A stretch of 63,597 nucleotides of DNA, counting the filler, from Phoronis australis (lineage: Eukaryota > Animalia > Phoronida), in assembly GCA_002633005.1 (NCBI GenBank). It is 5 parts of 5 records of this genome, joined end to end, with 100 filler letters (N's around TTAATTAATTAA, not from the genome) between each part and the next. Parts side by side here need not be neighbours in the genome. Positions count along the whole stretch, not along the records: positions 1 to 21,917 come from NMRA01000027.1; positions 22,018 to 40,889 come from NMRA01000057.1; 3 more parts are not named here. One strand, 5' to 3'. Made by a program: the position numbers and the translations under genes. Of the stretch, positions 12,071-25,127 are shown in pieces. The notes beneath the pieces were generated by a model. The model searched no databases, had not been told where the DNA came from, and was given only the letters and a program-made list of their open reading frames with translations. Within the stretch, counting starts at the first letter, position 1, and each line of letters starts with the position of its first letter.

Positions 12071-15000
12071 GCACATAAAAATGACTGTCACAGTACCTCC
12101 TTGCGCCCGAGTTCGCCCAAAAACGAAAGTCCTCGAGCCTCTGAAAAGATAAATGTTGAATGTAATATTCATATCGATCAGACGAAAATGCGATCTGTTG
12201 TACGAATGTGATAAGCCAACAAAGTGCAGCTAGAAATAAGTCAACAAGTCAATGAAAGAACGGTCATCTAGGTACTAATACTGTCGAGAGCGTAAGTCGT
12301 GGGGAGAAACGTGTTCCACAATGCTGATAGCGCTCGAAACGACCCATTCACATCCGTCAAGGGATGCCGAATATACGACACAAAGCCAATTAATAGGAGA
12401 GCAGTCATCGGAAATTCTCGAATAAATCGAGAACGGTTAGTCCTAGAAAAAATATACAAATGATACAATTCCAGTAGCCTGTGAAATGATCTACCCACAG
12501 AAATAAATCAGAAAAAAAACCCTCAGAGACAGCGGGGCTATGGCTCCGCAAACCAAAGTAGTGAAAAAATGGCCGCCAGAAGCCATCTTGGCTCTGATCT
12601 TAAGCATAAACGACAGATACGAAATGCAACCTGTAGCGTTCAAATAAAGAAACAGGCAAACATAAAACAAACAAAAACGACAAATTTTATGATAGAGCAA
12701 AAGACTTAGGGAAACTACATTTCACAAAGTAATAACAACTATTCTCGTGTGTGCAACCAAAAATATGAAAGGAACGCTTTTGTGCCTATGCTTCTCAATA
12801 GGCTTACATATATTTATGGCCACTGAATAAGCAATGTTGAAGGAAAATCTCCTTGATATTCGAAAAGGCTCGTTCACCTGTCAACTATCTTGTATTTTGT
12901 TGGCAATGCTGAAGATTATCTGTCTTCGAATGACTTGATTACTATTTGCACATATTGTCCGTAACAGTATTTGTAATTGCTGTTACAGTGCACGTCTAAA
13001 CCATTTGATGCTGTGCAAGCAATAGTTGTGCTTTTGTTACCTAGGAAGGAAGCATGTGAGGTCGGACATGTTAATTTCACCTGTAGTGTAAACGCTTATT
13101 TTTGATTTTCAGCAAACCATAGGAATGAGAAAGAAGGAAGTGCTGTTTGAAATTGAATATTTGTTCACAAGTCTTCAGCAATAAAATCTTATCCCTTGAC
13201 AATGTGTTGGTTTATTTAGTTAAGAACGGAATATTTTCCAAGTAGGTCTACATTGCCAATTCACGGTTATCATGGCTCGACGCTATGGAAATCGCCAGGT
13301 CGCATTTTGTGATCTTGCTAAAATCCTAGATTGGATTTTGAAAATCCGGCTCGCATTCATAAATGACAGGTAGCAAACTTTCCCGCCATTTTTACGCTCC
13401 AAAAATTAATTTTCTAGATCATCTAGTAAACGTTAAGATTATGCTCTTACCTACGGTGTTAAATACACACAAAATTGAGTTTTTACATCCAGTTGCGGCG
13501 TTACCGTTCTTCACGACCGCCATTGAAAGGTTCTAGAGCGCAAGGCTGGTTGCCGACGTGAAAGTGGAATCAGTGCTCTCTAAACGACACGTGCATTCGA
13601 GTAGCTAAGTTTGCAATGTGAAAAGGGAGAAAATACTCGTTGAAAAATATTTGCGATTTCGCTAGGTCTGACCTGCTGTATGGCTGTCATCAAAGTCGTT
13701 AAAGATCTAAACTTATTCTGAGTGCAAGCTCTTTCCATTTTTTGTTCGCAGCCCAAACTTAACAACTTAACTCGACGTGTGAAAAACATCCTGACCGAAA
13801 AATCCGTGAAATCTTACCCCAGCAGAATGACGTACTCGGATGCGCGAGAAAAATTCAGTGCAACTTTCACAACAAAAATTTGGGCCTTATGCTGTTTACG
13901 TATTCAACAATTAGTTTTCCATGAAATGAAAAGCCTCGGAATAATTCTTAACTCTGTGCGAGTTTCCATCGCATAATTCAAGTTTGTTCCTCACTATATG
14001 TACCTTCCATGTACAGTAAAAATAGGTCAGTCGCAAAACGAAACGCAAATCACAAAGGTATACTTTCTTTCGGAGGTACAAAACAAAGCCGGGGTTTACT
14101 TCTTACATATTGAGAAAAGACATTTTTTTGAAAACTGAACTTGTTGTGTAAAATAAGAGAGATGCACTATATTGGCTGCGCGTCAATTTCAAACCACGCT
14201 CGGTCGTTTGTAGTGCGCTATGATGGACGCTAACCTGAACCTGGGCGCTCTAAAGAAAGAGAGCACTATGAGTGGAAATCATAGGATTAATACTGAGCAA
14301 GAAATGAAGGAAACTGATGAAAACATTGAGACACAGAAATAAAAAAGTGAAGCTGACGCATCACGACAAAATAAATAAACGAGTCGCAAAAACAACATGA
14401 AATGCTACTGGTAAAGTAAAAATTATGCTGCTGAGTAGGTATCCAAAGCCAATAATAACACATTCCAGCTACCAACAACCAAAGGTTGTGTTAGTTTATG
14501 ACATTATTTGATTTTGGGTAGTGAAGTGAATAAAAATTTCAAAGACGACCTCTTACGTTGCAAAAACATTTTCATCCATGTTGTCTGCATCTAAGTAAAC
14601 CTCCCGGCCAAAATACCATTTTTCGAAACATTTCAGTAACGAATAATTAACTGGTATCAGGAGACAGCGAGGAATTTCCACAAAAATAGAATTGCCGCCA
14701 AAAAGAAGCATAAAACTTAAGGCATATAGAACTGTTCGTACATATATCATCACTTAGTTTAACACAAGTTACGAGATGAATATATCTTCGTTATGAAACT
14801 TATTTCTCCTTGTTTATGTACAGTATCTAAAATGTGTATTTAAATTTCTAAAATAACTGTTGAAAATGTTGTGTAACACTAACTAGATGAACTGGAGATA
14901 TCCAATAAAATGGCACCAGGTGAATAAGAAAATGACCCTCTTGTTATCATTTGAGCAGACTGAAGACAGCTGTTTGCCTGGAAAGGAAAATTAGTGGGGT

Positions 15001-15649
15001 GAGAAGTTCTAAATGACTAATTGAATGCGAGCAAAGTGACAGAAGCGTTGGATCACTAGTGCCACCTAATGAATTTCATTGTGAACAGTAGATTATTGAT
15101 ACAATTCCCACATATAGTGTGGGATAGCAACATCTTTAAACAACACTGTATAATGTGTATTATTCAAAACAGAATTTACCTGATAGGCATAAATTGAAAA
15201 TCATGGTAAGTTCATATGTGACTGAATTTTCAATTTGCTCTTGGCTTTTTTTCTAAATAATCAGAAAAAGCTGGAACAGTATATTTGATGAGTGACAGTG
15301 ATTTACATGTGCTTAACTCAAATTCAAGATTACAGTAACTGTCTAACTCTAAACAACAGCAACGTGGAGCATTGCAATGAGCCCACGACTGCAACACAAC
15401 TGTGGGGTGTTTTCTAGTATCGTAAAACGGGCCATTAGATGGCGCAGAATACGTCGAACGTGTCCTGGAAGGCGTAGTTATCTCCCAACCAGAATCCTGT
15501 TACATGAAAACTAATCAGGGATGATAGAGGAGAACACGAATAAAAATACTGACATTAGGAGGTGAAGCAGTGTTACAACCCGTCAATATGAGTTGTAGTA
15601 TGGGAATGCAAGAGCCAAACTTCCAAATGATCTTGCAAGCGACTTGAGG

Positions 15650-16850
15650 AGATGCAGCCGCAGATCCAAAAATATCACTAGGGTGCACCAGAATAGTTGG
15701 ACCCATCTGAAAATCGATGTCAGTCGTGCTTTTGTTTGTAAGAATAGTTCTGCCATTCTACATGATAACCTTCTGAGCAGTTTGGCAAATACAGAGGCAG
15801 AGGACTCAAAAATAATAAGTGTAATGCGGAACTTTGAAACCGCGCCACAATCATCCTTAGAGTGGGTTTGGTTGGCACCAAAAAGCTGACTCGAAAACAG
15901 TAAAAATGGCCAGTAGGTGGCGCAAAATACCTCGAATCAATCACCTCACAGAGAAATTTAATGAAAACCCATAGAGGACCTTTCAAGATGCAGAGGTAAA
16001 CGTAAAAAAATAAAGTTGCCACTAGGGGGCACACCGTCGGAAAGTTGTCGTCGACCGTTGTCAACTTCATATAAATACAATGTAGACTTGCAAACTGTAA
16101 TAAAGATCCTTTAGAGCGCATGGACGCAAAAACAAACACAACTTCCACTAGGAGGCACCACAGTAGTCAAAGTCGTCGGAAAATCATTGTCAGTAGCCCT
16201 CTTCACAGTCGTAAGAACATACAGCCAACTTTCACCATCATCCCTAGACCGGTTTGATTGATACATTGGCGGGCGCCAAAACAAACTCGAAAATAGTAAA
16301 AATGACCACTAGGTGGCGCAAAGTACCTCGAATCTTCCAAAAAACGGGAGGATAGCGTCATTTCACTAAACGACAACTAGACAAACACGTCCAAATATGA
16401 ACGTCAGTCACGATCCATACACCAATTTTCACAATTATCCTTCAACAGATTGGAAGGTAAAGAGACTAGAAACTTTTCAAATTGATCACCACTAGGAGGC
16501 CCAGAATGTGTCAAATCTGTCCAAAAATAGAAAGGCATTGTCGACTCCCCAACAGAAACCTATTTGCCAGGTTTGATGGAAATCGATCTATGAAGAATTC
16601 TAAAGTTACATAGGAAAACGCAAAAACAAAACCACGTCTACGGGAGACCAGAGTGGTCAAACATGTCCGAAATCAACCTCAGCTACGGTTTTCTCTGAGG
16701 TAACCTGATTTTTTTAAAACGATTCATCCAGTAGTTTCGGAGATAGAAAGGCGGACGCTAAAATAACTCAAAAATGTTTAAAATGGCTACTAGATGGCGC
16801 AAAATCAACCAAGCCGTCTGAAAGTGGAAAGGTGTTGTCATCTGATAGAA
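15650..16850 (+). repeat. Second degenerate array related to 10270-12070
   Basis: Shared ggacccatctgaaaatc, aaaatggcca..aggtggcgca and gccactagggggcac blocks. Confidence 0.65.
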
Positions 16851-17200
16851 ACCTGTCAGAATAAATCTTGATTATGTAATTTGTATAGATAGTTCTATTG
16901 AAGTTGCCCAAAATTTGTGCATATGAATATTTAAAGCCAGGGGATCAAAGTTGTTTACATGTGTTTTTGACATCTACGTGTATCAGTTTTTAGGTGATGT
17001 TTACCTCTTTTGTTCTGGGGTCAATGTACTGCGAGGATTGTAGAAATTTCTGAGATCAGATCGTACAGCCAATGATATGGTTAGATAAGATCACGTGCTT
17101 AGTTTAGCCAATCGTTAAGTATGTGAATTATTATAATTTGGGCAGAAGACTGGAAAAAAGCCAGATGGAGTTTGGTAGTTGAAGCTACAGGACTTGCTTC

Positions 17201-17761
17201 AGCATAGGGGGATTTAGGGGGGGGCAGGGGGCCCTCCCCCCTTTAGCTGCCCCAAAAAAATAAAACAGCAAGAGCGTAGGGAAATGTTGAGTTTATTAAT
17301 TAACCCCGGTAATTAACATCATACGGCGGAAACAAGATTGAAATGCGTGCAGTTTTAGTGTGTTGGGGGGGAGGCTCAGATCCAATTTCAAGTGTCAAAT
17401 TCGGAACACGGCTCAATCGTAACGGAACTATGGCTAAGTATAGGCTCTCCCGCGATCTCCCAGGGGACCGGCAGTGGCGCTGCACACTACGACTCCGTTT
17501 CCGTCGTCTGCTTCACTGTGCAATGAAGAAACAGAAGCTGCTGGTAACATGTGAATTTAATCGAAGCCTTAGTGAATTACTCAAAAACTCACAATTCTCT
17601 CTCTGTCAAACCTTAAGACGATTTCCAAAGCAATCGCGTCATTAATGCCAACACAAAATAATTAACGGATTTGATCTTTTGCGCATCTACAATCGTGCTT
17701 TGCGCAAACGTTTACAGACAAAATGTTGGCTCCCCCTTGTGATATCCTAGATCCGTCACTG
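17201..17761 (+). mobile_element. MITE of the 5-bp-TSD family, inserted in an older repeat
   Basis: TIRs catagggggatttagg...cctagatccgtcactg; flanks ttcag/ttcat (4 of 5 match); flanking DNA is an inverted homolog of ~33030-33430. Confidence 0.6.
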
Positions 17762-18164
17762 TTCATTGTGCTGAAGATATAGTACAACAGAGCCACCTTG
17801 TGGAAGGTTCTATACAGGATCTTGGCAAGGGTAAGCGTTTACGGAAGTTAAGAGTTTGCCACTTGCATCGTGGGTAGTAAGATGCTTGATTATTTATGAT
17901 TAATTGATTAAAGTTACCCATATAGACGGCGCTAGCGTAGTTACTCATTTTCAGTGTTAAGGGGTTTAAGAGGTACCGCAGCGGACAACCGTACAGAGAT
18001 GTGGGCAATAAATGAAGATGCACCAACACAAATACGTGGGCAACACAGAACCCCAATAGCGACCCTCATAACTACTTTTTCGTGTGAGGAATCAGATGAT
18101 CGTTCTATTTTTCTGCAGTGGCACTTGCAACGGATCCTCTGTTTCAAAGATTTTTCAGAATAGG

Positions 18165-18700
18165 CCTACTACGCTCAAATGGTCTTTCACCAGCAGTTTG
18201 TGTTCTTGAATGAATTACAAGAAACCTCCTCCGTCTGAAGGATTTTCCACATGTCCTTCACTTACACTGTATGCAGATTCACTCCTGTGTGTTCGTGTAT
18301 GCTCTCAAGAAGAACTATGGCTTGAAAATGAGTTCCCACACACAGTGCCCTTGTATGGCCTCTCACCAGAGTGACTTCTCCTGTGTATGGAAGTTTGACC
18401 TTCTCCACAAAAGACTTCCTACACACAATGCACTTGAAGGCTCTCTCAACAGTATGAATTCTTGTGGGCGTAACAATTTCACTATTCTGTGAAAATGACA
18501 TCCCACACAGGGTATATTTAAATGGTCTCACATCAGTAGGCTTCGTCGTATGCTTGACAAGATTTCCACTTAATGACTTCCCACACACCGCACATTTGCA
18601 TGAGCTCTCACCAGTGTGTGTTGTGTGTGTAAGTTGTAAGTGGAAGTTGATGCAAACGACTTGTCACACAGGTTAAACTTGTATGGTTTTTCACCAAGGA
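18165..18700 (-). pseudogene. Decayed C2H2 (Kruppel-type) zinc-finger array
   Basis: About 6 degenerate fingers with linkers such as HTGESSCKCAVCGKS, HTVERAFKCIVCRKSF and HSGERPYK; several frameshifts and lost Cys/His residues. Confidence 0.8.
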
Positions 18701-19829
18701 ATTCTGTCATATGTACATTTGGGGAGCGCAGTCGAGACGGTGGCACTGTCTAACTCGCTGGCTAATTTGCGCCAAGCCCAAGGGCAAGGTTACAATGTCT
18801 GGGTTATGTAGCCTGACCAGAAACCTACCTCAGAGCCTTGCCCATGTGAACTTGGCTTAACACCAAAACAAACACACCTCACAGGTAAACCGTAACTGTC
18901 TTTCTCATGGATTTTTTTGAGGTAAAACAAACAGTATGGTGGCGAAATAGCCCCTCCATGACGTGTTTTTGGGCAAAGACAAAGTGACTAGGTCAAAGTA
19001 GTTAATGCATGGGTGTCTCAGGAACAAGTTGGAAAGGCTAAACCTATTGGATGAGGCACAGACATAAGCAACTAAGTCAAACGTTTCACCCTATACCAGG
19101 CTAAATACCACATTTCACATACCCGTCTCAACACAGGCCAGTGGAACATTCGCGGCAAACTAAGCTACAGCCAGTTTCGTGGGCTCGACACAGACCTTTT
19201 ACGTTTTGTCAAGTTCTGTGCTCAGCTAGTGCTAAATAACGAGCTTAGTGTAGCAGAAATAGCCTATGTTACAGGTTCCGTGCACTTTGGGACAACGCGT
19301 TCGCAGCAGAGGCATCAAAACGTAGAAACGTAATTGTTTTTATGGACCTGAAGCAGTGTTAGCTCTGAAGACAGTTTTTGTAATTTTTTAAGCCAAATTA
19401 GAGGCGGACCCTCAAAACATAACGAATTCCCCTGGGAATCTTGTTTGTTGCGCAAAACGAACAGTTACGTGTTTCGATTTCGATTGTGAACAATAAGATT
19501 ATTTAATTCACGGAGAAACTGTGAATGGGTATCAAAACCACTTCACCTAACTGTACAATAGGCATTGACAAATTTGATGGTATACTTCTAATTCAGGGTA
19601 CAGACATTAAAATCCAAAGCGATGTGCGATAAACAAAGTATAAGTTGACATTGCGTGAATTAAAAGGCCGGTCTTTCGAGTCCAACCTGGATATTAAATC
19701 TTAAAAATGTGTCAATAGTGAACCACAGAGACGTAGAAAAATACATTAGAGAATAAGTCAATGAACTAAAAAGTTGTCTGACAAAAGGGTATAAGTTTTT
19801 TTCAGAAATATGAAAAGCAAATATACATA

Positions 19830-19843
19830 AATATATATACATG

Positions 19844-19892
<49 letters not shown>
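19830..19892. repeat. (TA)n/(TG)n microsatellite at the 3' junction of the Penelope-like element
   Basis: Direct sequence. Confidence 0.9.
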
Positions 19893-19894
<2 letters not shown>

Positions 19895-21917
19895 TTGGGT
19901 AGAAGACCTTCTTTTATACATGTTTCATTGAATAGTAAGCTGTTCTTGGCTTTACTTAGTTTGTTCAACAAACTTTCATAGTGTCTACATAGATGTAATC
20001 TTCAGATGGCAGTTGAAATAGTAGATTGCCAAGTGTAAGTGGCATCACGAACACAAATATATGAGTAATGCTGTGCTTCGACTAGACTTCAGTCATCCAA
20101 GGCAAATAAATTCAAAATCATAAACGCTATCGTGTATGATACATGAAACAAGAACAATGACATTAAACACGAATATAAAGTAGCATATACAAGAGCGCAA
20201 TTACAGAAGGAATTGTCATGGAAATTAATGAACCACAAAACGTTGTAAAATTTAATAAAATACATAGGTGTTACAAAATATGGACATTATTTATATAACG
20301 ACAAGGTACGATGGAACCCAGTATCATGGGAATTTACTGAATGTCAGGAGTTTCAGTTTTTATTATTAAAGCTTCGAGAATTTTCAAACGAAAGAAGTCA
20401 CGTTCGAAATACCTGACGATGGTATTGTCAACAATATCTGAACGAGAAATTTTCTGTATGTGGAGTGTTCGAAAGTGATCTTTAATGGATCCATTTTGGA
20501 AATGCGTAGATAACCGGCGAGATAAAGTGCAAGTTGTATAACCAACATACCTTGAGGAATCAGTGTTTGAAAGAATACATTAGTTGTGAGGGCAAGTGAA
20601 CTGATAAATCAAGTCAGTTTTGGCCTACACTCGGACAGATCTTTAGTTTTATGGTTTTGGTAATATATAATTAACGAAAGGCTATCTTCTGGCTTAACGG
20701 TCTTAACATTATTATGGATGATCCGTTTTAAAACTCGTTCATCTTCAATATAACGTGAATGGAATTGGTTGTTGTAGAATAGTTTCTTGGTACAACCACC
20801 TATTTGTTTCAAACACACAGGCTTCTGTAAGCGGCTTATGAAAAGCTTCATATTCACATCAACAAACTTATTACTGTAACCGTTATTTATCATAATTTGC
20901 TTGGTGCGATTACACTCAGTGTTAAAGGTTTCCCATTCTGAGCAAGCAGAATATGTTCTTTTCAAAAAGCTCGTCAAAACAGAGAGCTTATATCTCAGTG
21001 GACATTGGCTGGTTTCATGTAAACAAACCCAATCATATGGTGGTTTCCTGTATACTGAGGTTTTAATGTCAGATTCATCATAATCAACAAGTATGTCTAA
21101 GAACGGAAGCTTGTTGCTTACTGGTAATTCATGCGTGAATTTTAATACAGAATTTTGCTCTAAAGCGAGTTTGATCTCCATTAGATTGTCATGGTTGACA
21201 ATCATAAAAATATCATCAACGTACCTACAGTACGTGTTCGGCTTTTCAAAGTTGCACATGTTAAAGTCAGCAAAAGTTGGTCCGAGAGGTGATCCCATGG
21301 ATACACCATTGGTTTGTAAATACAGTTTGACATCGATGTTTCTAAATGGTACTTTCGAAGTACAAAGTAACAACAGATCTCGCATAACTTATTTAGGAAC
21401 ACTCGGAGGAGCCATTGATACATGGCTATACATAGAAGATATTATAATTTCTACAGTTTCTACAACAGGGACGTTAGTAAATAAACTTTCAACGTCAAGA
21501 GATGCAGGATAGGAACTGGCGTTGCGTCAATAGATCTTAATAAGTCAAAAAGTGATAAAAATAATGTCCATATGTTGTAACGTCCATGTATTTTATTAAA
21601 TTTTACAACGTTTTATAGTTCATTAATTTCCATGACAATTCCTTCTGTAATTGCGCTCTTATATATGCTACCTCATATTAGTGTTTAATGTCAGTGTTCT
21701 TGTTTCATGTATCATACACGATAGCGTTTATGATTTTAAATTTATTTGCCCTGGATGACTGAAGTCTAGTCGAAGCACAGCATTACTCATATATTTGTGT
21801 TCGTGATGCCACTTACACTTGGCAATCTACAATTTCAACAGGCCATCTGAAGAAAGATATTTATGTAGACAATGCGAAAGTTTGTTGAACAAGCTATCTA
21901 AGGCCAAGAACACCTTA
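19890..21917 (-). mobile_element. 5'-truncated Penelope-like retroelement (RT + C-terminal GIY-YIG) with inverted pseudo-LTRs
   Basis: ORF 20609-21385: GVSMGSPLGPTFAD, YCRYVDDIF, LPFLDILV, TSVYRKP; upstream SLDVESLFTNVPV; downstream frameshifted IYQFTCPH...YVGYTTCTLSRRL...H (GIY-YIG). About 19945-20292 and 21560-21917 are inverted repeats. Confidence 0.9.
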
Positions 21918-22017
21918 NNNNNNNNNNNNNNNNNNNNNNNNNNNNNNNNNNNNNNNNNNNNTTAATTAATTAANNNNNNNNNNNNNNNNNNNNNNNNNNN
22001 NNNNNNNNNNNNNNNNN
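21918..22017. other. Artificial assembly spacer N44-TTAATTAATTAA-N44
   Basis: Identical 100-bp structure four times; the core gives stops in all six frames. Confidence 0.95.
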
Positions 22018-23601
22018 TGTCATCTTTTAATTTAACCACGTATATAATTGAAATTTGAGTGGAGGTGGCAATCTCAATGACAGAATTACAAGAACACTTG
22101 AAATGGAAGTCTTCTGAACTTGGTTTTTTAAATTCATGTGTTAATCTATTGAAATAATAATAAACCCAAGGCATCAAGAAATATTACCTGAAGATGCCAG
22201 TGAACATACTATATCAGCTGTTCATTAAGGGAAGTTACTTCTATCATGCTTTGGTCACTGAGTCATAGAAATCAAAGAACAAATCAGAGTATGATTATGA
22301 TTTTATCCACAGTTCAAAATTAAAATCAAATGCTTACAGTTGGAATTATATATTTGGTGTCTACAGTGAAAGCCTTTGAAGGTAGTTGAAGGTTACCGCA
22401 ACTGTAGATAAGTCACATCTGAAATAACCTCAGTACGGTGAATTTTATATGTGAGTCAAAATGATCTAATCTTTTACCAAAATAAGTAACTTAGAATGCA
22501 CAGTATTTTAGAACATTTAAGCATTACAAACGTTATCCAACAACAAGACAAATTTACATGATATGAAAGTGGGTATGCCTAACTATTACCATGGAGACCA
22601 GGTATTTCCTTACATTCGAATTCGACAAGCATAATTTGAAAAAATAAGAAGTTGCATGGAAAAAGGATTGGAGGCTGGAAGCTCCACAATCCAACATGGC
22701 CTATTACTCTAATTAAGAGCCTTAAGTTTAATACATTTTGGGCCTTGATAACGTGAATTCAGAAAGCAAAAAGTTACAACGCATATATTGAAAGAACGAT
22801 TCATACTTAAAATTTAGGAAAATATGAATTATGTTGTGACACATAATCAAACCTTGAAGCGCAATTGATTTTCAAAGAAAAAACTTAAGGATTTCAAAAC
22901 TTTTTCAACTATTTTTAAGCTGAGTGTATGGTCAACTGAATGGGATATTCGCACTGCAATAACTAGAATATTCCTCATATTTTTGCACAAAAACATAAAC
23001 ATTGTGCAAAGTTGCTTTTTGTAGCAGCTTTCATCAAAATTTATCAAAGTTAAACTTCACCAAGTACAAAATACCCGATAGAACATGTCCTTCAGTTCAG
23101 CAGAAGTCGCCATGTTGTCGGTGCCGCCGGAAATGAGACAGGAATTGTGAGCTTTTTTATAACTCAATAAGTAACATCTGCTTGCCTGAAATCCAATGAA
23201 AACTATTGAATCGCTCAGAATAGTAGGTATAGATCTTTATCCCTAAATTTCATCGTAAATTATTGGTGAAATTAAATTATGCACGATTTTAAATTCGTAA
23301 CTTATGCCTTTATTGTCCAAGATTGCCAACCAGATCCAAACAAGTGACCCAAATTTCGCCCCCAAAATAAATGTGCACTGATTAACCAGATTTTGGATAA
23401 TTTTTCAATTTTTATTGAGTGGGGTGAATTATCTTTCCCATTATATTGAAGTATTTCTGCAAATCAAAAAAATCGGTTGGACCGCCCTACTCTTACTGTT
23501 CATTTGGTCCAGCTAGCGATCGACTAGGCTAAAATTCAATGGATTGCAACGACAGGTAACGAGCATCAAGCAATTCAACACATCCACCTACAAACACTTA
23601 C

Positions 23602-23776
23602 CGGTATGTAGCAAAATATGTTCACTACATACTACCGAATACGGCGACGCTCCACTCGTGTACTTCGCAAAGTAATCTTACTTGCGACACCGTCTTGGAT
23701 CAGTGGGAAACTTGTGCAAAGATATCCCAGCCCTTGGCGTATTGCCATAGCCTCCAACTACACAATGGTTAGACAT
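23602..23776 (-). pseudogene. Decayed THAP-domain exon (transposon relic)
   Basis: MSNHCVVGGYGNTPRAGISLHKFPTDPRRCRK*...SVVCSEHI followed by a gtaag donor; second Cys lost and the conserved W replaced by a stop. Confidence 0.65.
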
Positions 23777-24897
23777 TCTTCTTCAAATATTTTCTCCAGT
23801 TCAAATCTAAAAGTCCGTCTACATTTGAAAAAAATACTCCTCTTGGCACACAGCAATGGACACTGTGGACTCAGTGAGGCTGACTCTGCAATGATCAGGT
23901 CACGTCCCTGCTAACAACTGTAAATTATTTATGGCTACTCACAAGACCATGTGCATATGTGTCACATTTCAGAGAATTAATGGGCAAAAGTTGCATAATA
24001 AACCGATTCTAACAAACACAAAGATTCCATTTGTGCCAGATAGTCCCAACCAAGAGTACAAACCTATGGATAGACTCGGCAGTGATCGGGTCAGGAATTC
24101 CTGATGTGTTCCTGATGTGACGTGTTTCCGAAGATAGCCGAAGTTCAAAATTTTCTGTTCTCAAAATTTTTTGGGGAAGTGGGAGTATGTTTTACACGAA
24201 TAATAGAAGAATATGGGGGTTGAAATAAAAAGGAATGTGGTTTATAAGCAACCTTTATTAACAGTCAAAACATGTGTATACATATTAATTACAACTAAAT
24301 AGCTGTGAACCAATCTCTTTAAGGTAATCGACGTTTGACGAAATAGACAGTGGCTTCCATCGTCCTCAAATTTCGATAGCGACGATGGCCACTTAGGCAC
24401 TTAAATTTAATTATCATTGCAGCTACCTAAGTAATTAATGTTTACAAAAAATTGAGACTACGGCAGGGGATGACGGCCACTTGGGCATGTTGTTTGCAAC
24501 CATCTACTCCATTTAACCTTCTCAAAAAATTTTGACTTAAAGTGCTTTAAAATCACACCCACAGTATAACGCCATAGGATTATCCCTTAGCGCAAGTAGT
24601 GTCGATGTGGCAACGGAATGGAGTGTTCGAAAAACAGGATTGCAGGAGTATTTGTTTAAACTGGCAAATGAAAACATTAACGACCTCCTCAGAGGCATCT
24701 CTCTACGCGGTACTTCTAAACTTATAGGAACATAATTTGCTGAAAAGTATCCGGCATATGAAGTACCTATGGTATGATCATCGTCTCTACTGGGTCAGCA
24801 GTATTGTCTAAGGCCTAGGCAGCCAAGGGGCTGAACAAGTTAAAAAACACCTGGTGATAATACTGAAACACACATGGAAAACACCAAGATGTATTTT

Positions 24898-25127
24898 NNN
24901 NNNNNNNNNNNNNNNNNNNNNNNNNNNNNNNNNNNNNNNNNNNNNNNNNNNNNNNNNNNNNNNNNNNNNNNNNNNNNNNNNNNNNNNNNNNNNNNNNNNN
25001 NNNNNNNNNNNNNNNNNNNNNNNNNNNNNNNNNNNNNNNNNNNNNNNNNNNNNNNNNNNNNNNNNNNNNNNNNNNNNNNNNNNNNNNNNNNNNNNNNNNN
25101 NNNNNNNNNNNNNNNNNNNNNNNNNNN
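24898..25127. other. Sequence gap (N run without linker)
   Basis: Direct sequence. Confidence 0.95.

Noticed and set aside
21962-21973. Recurrent TTAATTAATTAA palindrome as a biological site
   Set aside because: Always centred in a 100-bp N spacer; synthetic linker.
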